DNA of 64,000 bases from Polyangiaceae bacterium. GTDB taxonomy: Bacteria; Myxococcota_A; Polyangia; Polyangiales; Polyangiaceae. The DNA is taken from assembly GCA_050287085.1 (NCBI GenBank), contig JBNKBE010000004.1:1-64000 (forward strand), given 5' to 3'. This document shows positions 58,282 to 64,000 of this stretch, piece after piece. A model generated the notes under the pieces. It saw nothing but the letters and a program-made list of their open reading frames with translations, was not told the DNA's origin and ran no database searches. Made by a program: the position numbers and the translations under genes. Position 1 is the first letter of the stretch; each line of letters begins with the position of its first letter.

Positions 58282-59707
58282 GTTCAGCGAACAGCGCGAG
58301 GCTTCTGAGCGCAGCCTGGACGACTTGACCTTGTCCGTGGATGTTAAGCTGGAGGAACTAGCCGAACGCCCAGCCCTTGGGGAGATGGCGCAGACCTTCT
58401 ACGAGCTCTTTCGAGTCCCGCTGCGCATCTTATCGGAGCACGGCGGACTGATTGCGGAAGCCGGGGCTCCTCCGGCCATCTACGGCTATCTGGGGCAATT
58501 CCCGGCGGGACGTCGCGCCGTTGATGCCACCGTTGCCGAAGTGCTGCGCAAGCGTCCGGCGCCGGGCAAGTCCGTCAACATCACCTGCGTCACTGGGGCT
58601 CTCTACCACGTCGTGTCCATCGCTCTGGACGGGCGGTCGCTTGGCCGCGTGGTCCTCGGACCGTTTCTGCCGCCCGAATTTCCGGTGCTTGCTCGTCGCG
58701 TGTTGGAGCTGGATCCCGAGATTCAGTCGCTCGGGGTTGAGCAGCGCATGGCGGAGCTGCCGCGGGCCAAGCAGGGCACCGTCCAGCGCATCGCCAACCA
58801 CCTCCAGAGTTCCCTAGATCTGATTCTATTCAGTGGGCACAAAGCGCTTCTTACGGGGGCGATGCATCTGGCCAGCGTGCGGGAGAGTTTCCGCGAGCTG
58901 AAGGAAACCAATCTGGAGCTTCAGAACGCCAACGAGAGTCTCAAGCAGCTGGATCGTTTGAAGAGCAACTTCCTAGCTACGGTGTCGCACGAGCTGCGCA
59001 CGCCGCTGACGTCGATCATCGGCTACAGCGAGATGCTGGCTCAGGGGATCGCCGGATCGCTCAGTGCGGAGCAGCAGACCTTTGTCGAGACGATTCACGA
59101 AAAGGGCCAGCAACTCCTGGAGATGATTTCAGGCTTGCTCGATATGTCCAAATTGGACAGCGGCACGCTAACCCTGCGAAAAGAGGACGTCGACATGGGG
59201 CTTCTCGTCCGGGACGTGCTCAATACGTTTGCACCCATTGCAAAGCAGTCTGGCGTGGAGATCCGGGCGCGGGTCGATCCGGCGGTGCCGCCGCTGCGGG
59301 GTGACGGGATGCGCTTGCGTCAGGTGTTCACAAATCTCGTCGACAATGCGCTCAAATTCACCCCCCAAGGAGAGCGTGTGGAGCTCAGCGTGGAGATGGG
59401 CCAGCTCGAACGCGAACCGGGAGACGACGCCGGGACCATTCTGCTAGCGGGCTCTGAGCCGGCGGTGGTTGTAACGGTTGCGGACTCGGGGATCGGCGTT
59501 CCGGACGAAGAGAAGCAGCGGATCTTTGACCCTTTCTATCAGGTCGACGGCGGCACGACTCGGCGCGTCGGGGGCACCGGCCTTGGACTGGCTATCGTGC
59601 GACGCCTGGTAGAAGGGCATGAGGGTGTGGTGGTCGTGCGGGATCGCAAGCCGCGAGGCGCGGAATTTGTGGTTACGCTACCCCTCGGACGCGGCACCTT
59701 CGGTTGA
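58274..59707 (+). CDS. Soluble sensor histidine kinase with PocR-like N-terminal domain
   Basis: No TM; LKSNFLATVSHELRTPLTSI, NLVDNALKFT, DSGIG, GGTGLGL; N-terminal C.TG..Y...I...G..LG.V..GPF pattern. Confidence 0.9.
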   Translation: MVEFSEQREASERSLDDLTLSVDVKLEELAERPALGEMAQTFYELFRVPLRILSEHGGLIAEAGAPPAIYGYLGQFPAGRRAVDATVAEVLRKRPAPGKSVNITCVTGALYHVVSIALDGRSLGRVVLGPFLPPEFPVLARRVLELDPEIQSLGVEQRMAELPRAKQGTVQRIANHLQSSLDLILFSGHKALLTGAMHLASVRESFRELKETNLELQNANESLKQLDRLKSNFLATVSHELRTPLTSIIGYSEMLAQGIAGSLSAEQQTFVETIHEKGQQLLEMISGLLDMSKLDSGTLTLRKEDVDMGLLVRDVLNTFAPIAKQSGVEIRARVDPAVPPLRGDGMRLRQVFTNLVDNALKFTPQGERVELSVEMGQLEREPGDDAGTILLAGSEPAVVVTVADSGIGVPDEEKQRIFDPFYQVDGGTTRRVGGTGLGLAIVRRLVEGHEGVVVVRDRKPRGAEFVVTLPLGRGTFG

Positions 59708-59988
59708 GCCAGCGGGCAAGGGGACGACGCCCTTGGCACGTTCGCTGAGCGCCATGTGGGGCCCCGCAGCGGAGCTTATGCCCCGTTTGGTGGCGGGCCC
59801 GTCTGCGTATCGGGGGGGGCGACGGCGCGGGCTGGCGGACTGGGCTTGGGTGCCACCCGCACGGCGACCGGCTGTTGAGCTCTTGACGGTGGTTGCACGA
59901 GCCTCGGGCCGGCGCTGCCCGGCAAGTGGCATGGTTCTTTCATGCAACTGGTCAAGGGCCCCCCGGCCCAGAAGGAGCTCTCGACAGA

Positions 59989-60279
59989 ATGGTCCTCCCC
60001 TCTCCAATCCGCTCGCCCCTGGCTCGCGCCCGGACCTTCGCTCGTCGAGGGGCCTTTCGGCGTGCGCTCGCTATTCTGCGAGCCGCGTGCTCGGAACAAC
60101 CCGAGAGCGCGCGGGCCTGGGTTCAACTGGGGAGCCTGGCCCTTGCGCAGGGGCAGCAAGCCGTTGCGCTCGCCGCATTCCGACACGCTCAATGGCTTTT
60201 TCATCGCGGCCGCGCTCACGGCAAAGAGCGCACAACGCGAACGCTCATCGCCCGGGCAGAACGCCGCGCGGCTTCATAA
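59989..60279 (+). CDS. Small basic TPR-like protein
   Basis: AAGGAG about 11 nt upstream; ALAILRAAC..QPESARAWVQLG.LAL..G...VALAAF TPR pattern. Confidence 0.55.
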   Translation: MVLPSPIRSPLARARTFARRGAFRRALAILRAACSEQPESARAWVQLGSLALAQGQQAVALAAFRHAQWLFHRGRAHGKERTTRTLIARAERRAAS

Positions 60280-60402
60280 TTCGGCTCGCGCAAGGAGCCG
60301 GCACGCGTTCGCCGGGGACGCTTTCGCTGAGCGGCCGATCTATTCGCCATCGCCTGATTGGCCTTCACAAGCGAGATCGGATCTGACATGTTCCGCCTCC
60401 CT

Positions 60403-60475
60403 GCGGGAGTAGCTCAGTTGGTAGAGCACAAGCTTCCCAAGCTTGGGGTCGCGGGTTCGAATCCCGTCTCCCGCT
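60403..60475 (+). tRNA. tRNA-Gly(CCC), CCA not encoded
   Basis: GCGGGAGTAGCTCAGTTGGTAGAGC...CAAGC-TTCCCAA-GCTTG...GGTTCGAATCC...TCCCGCT. Confidence 0.97.
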
Positions 60476-60690
60476 CAGGAATACGAAGGCCATGGGGTGG
60501 CGCGGTCATGGTTGAGGTGCAGCGTTCGTTTTGACGCCCCGGCGACTTGTCCGACTTCGGCTCGGAATAATCCCCGGAGCGTTGAAGTTCAGGTTAGGAG
60601 GAGCCCGGCTGCGGCGCTCACCGCAGCGCGGCAATGAACCCGGCCCAGTTCGGGCCTTGCGCCCTGGACGGCCCCGTTTTATGTGCTGTC

Positions 60691-60795
60691 CGGTCTGACA
60701 GCGGTGCACCGTGCGATCAACCGTGGTGCGATCAACCGCGGTGCGGTCTAACCCGTGGTGCGGTCTAACCCGTGGTGCGGTCTGACAGCGGTGCA
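60691..60795. repeat. Degenerate 15-17 bp tandem repeat bracketed by identical CGGTCTGACAGCGGTGCA copies
   Basis: GTGCGATCAACCG x2 and GTGCGGTCTAACCCGTG x2 between the copies at 60691 and 60778. Confidence 0.8.
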
Positions 60796-60914
60796 GTCTA
60801 TCCCCAAACGAGACGCCGCGCTGGGACGTGCGCCTATTGGAGTCGAATTTGCCGAAACAAGCGTCTAGTCCCTTTCCACTGCACCGCGCGCAAGGTCGCC
60901 ACAACGGGCGTCGG

Positions 60915-61763
60915 ATGCGCGCGCGTTGGATGCATCTCTGTCTTCTCTGGTTTGCGATCGTCGGCTGCGAAGACGCATCCGGGCCGTCCAGCTATGGAGA
61001 CATCAATATCACGACCCAGGTAGAGGCCGCCGACGGGCTTGACCTGAAAGCGGTCGGGGAGCTGGTCAAGTCCGTCCATGACGCGGAGGGGCTCGAGAAG
61101 CAGCTCAACAAGGAGGGGGGGCTCAATAACCTAGACCTGAACGACGACGGCAAGGTCGACTTCGTTTCCGTCACCGAATACGGGGACTCGAACACCAAGG
61201 GTTTCAGCTTAACGGTGGAGCCCGAGCCGAAACAAATTCAAGAAATCGCGACCATCGAGTTTGCCAAGCGGGGCGAGCAGGCGGACGTCTTGGTCTCTGG
61301 CAACGAGCAGGTCTATGGGCCGCAGCACCACTACCACTACGAGACTCCGTGGGCGAGCATGTTGCTTATGGCTTATATGTTTCGGCCACACCCATTCTAT
61401 ATCTCACCTTTCCACTTTGGGTATTATCCAGGCTACTACGGCATCGGCTATGCCCCGGTATCTCACCTTCGCTACACGACCCGCACCCGTGCCGTGACGC
61501 AGCGCTCGACGGCCGCGCCAGTTCAGCGCGGTAACTCGGGCTTATCGCCCAACCGGGGAAAGGTTGCAGCTTCGGGTATCAAGCGCTCTCTTCGCAGTCC
61601 GACTTCGAGTCAGCGTCGCTTTTCTCGGACGGTGCAGCGACCGAAGGGCGCTTCGGGGTTTCGCAGCCCGGTTCGTACAGCGCCCGCCTCTCGCGGGGCG
61701 ATGCCGGTACGACGGCGCTCCTTTGGCGGCGGGTTTCGCGGCGGGTTTCGGTCTAGGCGCTAG
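60915..61763 (+). CDS. Hypothetical lipoprotein with a DxDxDG-like loop, Tyr/His/Pro-rich segment and Arg/Ser/Gly-rich tail
   Basis: IVG-C lipobox; LDLKAV...NNLDLNDDGKVDF; C-terminal RRRSFGGGFRGGFRSRR. Confidence 0.8.
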   Translation: MRARWMHLCLLWFAIVGCEDASGPSSYGDINITTQVEAADGLDLKAVGELVKSVHDAEGLEKQLNKEGGLNNLDLNDDGKVDFVSVTEYGDSNTKGFSLTVEPEPKQIQEIATIEFAKRGEQADVLVSGNEQVYGPQHHYHYETPWASMLLMAYMFRPHPFYISPFHFGYYPGYYGIGYAPVSHLRYTTRTRAVTQRSTAAPVQRGNSGLSPNRGKVAASGIKRSLRSPTSSQRRFSRTVQRPKGASGFRSPVRTAPASRGAMPVRRRSFGGGFRGGFRSRR

Positions 61764-61781
61764 CCGTGCAGGTAGGACACT

Positions 61782-62660
61782 ATGGATTTGACTATGGACC
61801 TGAGCCCATTCGTTGATGTCTCCGGGCTTTCGGCCCTGCTCCAACCCGAGGCATTTTTGTACCTCGGAGTGGCGCTGGGTGCACTGATCTTGGCTGTGGC
61901 CAGCTACGGGTATCGTTTGCGGATCCGGCTCGGTGTGGCACTGGCCACCGATGACAACAAGGCGCTTTCGCTGTCGATGGCGGCATTTTTCACGGGTGCA
62001 GCGCTGATCGCCTATTCGCTGATGACCGCCGGGGGGCATCCGCAGCTGGGCTATGACCTGCTCGAATTTGTGGCGTCCCTGGTAGCGGGGCTGCTCTTGC
62101 TCCACGCCGGGCGCTGGACCACCGATCGCTTTTTGTTACCCGAGCGAGATGTTGCGGCAGCCCTTCGAGACGGCAATGTGGGGGTTGCGGTTGTGGAGGC
62201 TGGCAACGTCGTAGCGACGGCCCTCATCGTTTCAGCAGCCCTAAGCCTCGACGGGGTGCATTGGGGTTTGCGCCTGAGCGAAGCGATTGTGTTTTTCGGG
62301 GTCGCCCAGACTGCGCTGATCGCCTTCGCCAGCGCGTATTGTCGACTGCTGCGTTTCGACGTACGCGGCGAGCTGGACAGTGGTAACCCAGCGGTGGGCA
62401 TTGCCCTGGGTGGCACGCTCGTGGCACAGGCCATACTGCTAGCGTACGCGATAGGCCAGACCCCATCGCTGGTGGTCTTTGGCGCATGGTTCGTGCTGAG
62501 TTCGGCCCTTTTGTTGGGGCTTCGACGGGGCCTGGATGGGTTTGTCCTGCGTGGTCACGATCTTGACGTGGAGTTGAGTCGCGATCGCAACTGGGGTGTT
62601 GCGCTAGTGGAAGGTGTACTGGCGATGGCGACTGCATGGCTGATGACGGGGGCGTTTTGA
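61782..62660 (+). CDS. Multi-pass membrane protein with tandem DUF350 domains
   Basis: Repeated helix-turn motifs DDNKALSL, DGNVGVAVVEAG, SGNPAVGIALGG and DRNWGVALVEG between TM pairs. Confidence 0.8.
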   Translation: MDLTMDLSPFVDVSGLSALLQPEAFLYLGVALGALILAVASYGYRLRIRLGVALATDDNKALSLSMAAFFTGAALIAYSLMTAGGHPQLGYDLLEFVASLVAGLLLLHAGRWTTDRFLLPERDVAAALRDGNVGVAVVEAGNVVATALIVSAALSLDGVHWGLRLSEAIVFFGVAQTALIAFASAYCRLLRFDVRGELDSGNPAVGIALGGTLVAQAILLAYAIGQTPSLVVFGAWFVLSSALLLGLRRGLDGFVLRGHDLDVELSRDRNWGVALVEGVLAMATAWLMTGAF

Positions 62661-62664
62661 GCAC

Positions 62665-63447
62665 ATGGCCGAGGAGCGGTTGGAGATGATCGACGTAGCA
62701 AGGCGCCTCGAGTTGTCATCGGTCGTGGTGCTCAGAGAGCTGGCGGGGCGGGAGCGTCCCGTTTCAACCCTGTTGGAAGGGGACGATGCGCTGCTTGAAG
62801 CTCAGCTCGACTGGCTCAATCGCAAAGGACTCATCGAAGCCGACTCCGAAGCCAACTACGTTGTTACAGAGCGCGGCGAGCACGCTTTGGACAGGTTTTC
62901 CGCGCGCTATCGAGATTTTGTCGCAACGCTCGATATCTATTGCGCGGTGGATCTGGAAGCGGGGGAGTTTGGTTATGCCAAGTTTTTCGATTTCGAGAAC
63001 GAAGAGGACTTTCGGGCGTATCTGGAACTCGAACGCTTTTCGGACCTGCGCGTAGCGGTCGCTACCTTCAAGGGGCTAGATCCGGTAGAGGTGGTCTTCA
63101 TGGGGGCCATCTTTGACGGTGCTCTCGAGGGGCCTGATTGGCAAAGCGAGCTGAACGACGACGAATTCTGGGAGGAGGTCTTCGCGATCTGCTCGACGGC
63201 TATCCGTCAGGAAGAGCTGGCCGATCCGGGGGTCCCAGGAGACGACGGTCGCGAGACGCTCAGCACCATCGTTGAGCGAGGGGCTCTGCTCAATATCGAG
63301 CTGCGGCAGCAAGAAGATCGCCTGCGGGCGCAGGATGCTTCCGCCGAGCCCCGCGACGAAGACGAGTACACGATAGAGGAGTATCGCCAATACGCCGACC
63401 CGCTGTACGTGGCGCCGGTCTGGACTGGGGGATGGTTCTTCTGGTGA
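62665..63447 (+). CDS. Acidic hypothetical protein with N-terminal winged-helix-like segment
   Basis: LDWLNRKGLIE...YVVTERGE wHTH-like wing; DIYCAVDLEAGEF; aromatic C-terminus. Confidence 0.8.
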   Translation: MAEERLEMIDVARRLELSSVVVLRELAGRERPVSTLLEGDDALLEAQLDWLNRKGLIEADSEANYVVTERGEHALDRFSARYRDFVATLDIYCAVDLEAGEFGYAKFFDFENEEDFRAYLELERFSDLRVAVATFKGLDPVEVVFMGAIFDGALEGPDWQSELNDDEFWEEVFAICSTAIRQEELADPGVPGDDGRETLSTIVERGALLNIELRQQEDRLRAQDASAEPRDEDEYTIEEYRQYADPLYVAPVWTGGWFFW

Positions 63448-63527
63448 TGCGGACGAAGGCGCCGGCGGCCAGCGAGTGGGTTGCGTCGAACCGAACACCC
63501 TGTCTGTCTGGCCGCCGCCGACGACCT

Positions 63528-63728
63528 TCAACCACCACCCACGAAGTGGACGATCTCCAGAACGTCCCCCTCGCACAAGCAAGCAGAGGCGTGCGTGCTG
63601 CGTGGGACGATGTCGCGGTTGCGCTCCACGGCGACCCGCTCTTGGGCCAGCTCCAGGCGCACCAACAGGTCGGCGACGGTCAGCCCTTCGGGCACCTCAC
63701 AAGGCTCGCCGTTGACAGTCAGCTTCAT
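63528..63728 (-). CDS. thiS: Sulfur carrier protein ThiS
   Basis: 66 aa; MKLTVNGE...[12 protein letters not shown]...[13 protein letters not shown]. Confidence 0.95.
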   Translation of the reverse strand: MKLTVNGEPCEVPEGLTVADLLVRLELAQERVAVERNRDIVPRSTHASACLCEGDVLEIVHFVGGG

Positions 63729-63756
63729 GCGATTAGCCTCGACTCCGGTGTCTAGA

Positions 63757-64000
63757 ATGTCAAGAGCGCGTGCGGTTTGGATGCACTGTGGGGGCGGAGG
63801 CTTGAGTGCGGCCCTCAAGCTCTTGATGACCTGTGGGGTGAGTTTGATGATGGTGCTGGCGTGTGCGGAACCAGCGCCGGTCTCGGTTGAACTGGATCTC
63901 AGCGGCTTCGATGGAGGTATGGAGCGGGCCCCGGCGCGGGCCGCGATGCCCGTTGCCAAGTCTTCGCTCTCTGCCAGGTCCTCCACTTCGGCACAGGCCA
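63757..64000 (+). CDS. Partial (3'-truncated) putative lipoprotein
   Basis: Open frame from ATG 63757 (or 63781) to the window end: ...[15 protein letters not shown]; absent from the ORF track because no stop lies in the window. Confidence 0.5.
   Translation, partial: MSRARAVWMHCGGGGLSAALKLLMTCGVSLMMVLACAEPAPVSVELDLSGFDGGMERAPARAAMPVAKSSLSARSSTSAQA

Noticed and set aside
59734..59942. Sigma-54-like elements TGGCACG-N4-CTGA and TGGCATG-N4-TTTC before the small TPR gene
   Set aside because: Good -24 boxes, but both lack the conserved -12 GC; too weak to call
63729..63986. Long N-terminal extension of ThiS (152-aa ORF)
   Set aside because: ThiS homology starts at ATG 63728; the extension is antisense to a likely plus-strand lipoprotein gene
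60403..64000. Integrative element or prophage at tRNA-Gly (or at the other tRNAs)
   Set aside because: No integrase, no duplicated tRNA 3' end and no phage genes seen in the window

Overview
High-GC bacterial chromosome segment, most likely a myxobacterium (Myxococcota, probably Polyangiales; inferred from gene content). The left half (about 2.3-33 kb) is a gliding-motility Glt transducer locus: two outer-membrane beta-barrels (GltA/B/H family), a Cys-rich GltK/CglC-like lipoprotein, then a divergent run of gltC-gltD-gltE-gltF-gltG, an extra TPR lipoprotein and a 3352-aa gltI/agmK-like gene. This brings together genes that lie in two separate clusters in Myxococcus xanthus. An FHA sigma-54 activator, an amidase and dksA follow. 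The right half is mostly housekeeping or signalling: a divergent uvrA, Ser/Thr kinase, PrkA, metF, etfBA, nadB, hflX, thrB, argH and thiS. The window holds five tRNAs (His, Ile2, Met, Pro, Gly). The best candidates for undescribed systems are (i) a lipoprotein / tandem-DUF350 / acidic-protein module downstream of tRNA-Gly, (ii) an MglB-less MglA-type GTPase overlapping a soluble histidine kinase, (iii) a tandem Tudor/chromo-barrel lipoprotein in a CPBP-patatin operon, and (iv) the TPR lipoprotein in the gltH position. Several short intergenic tandem repeats are present. No CRISPR array, IS element or integrase was seen. All family assignments come from motif recognition by eye, not from database searches.
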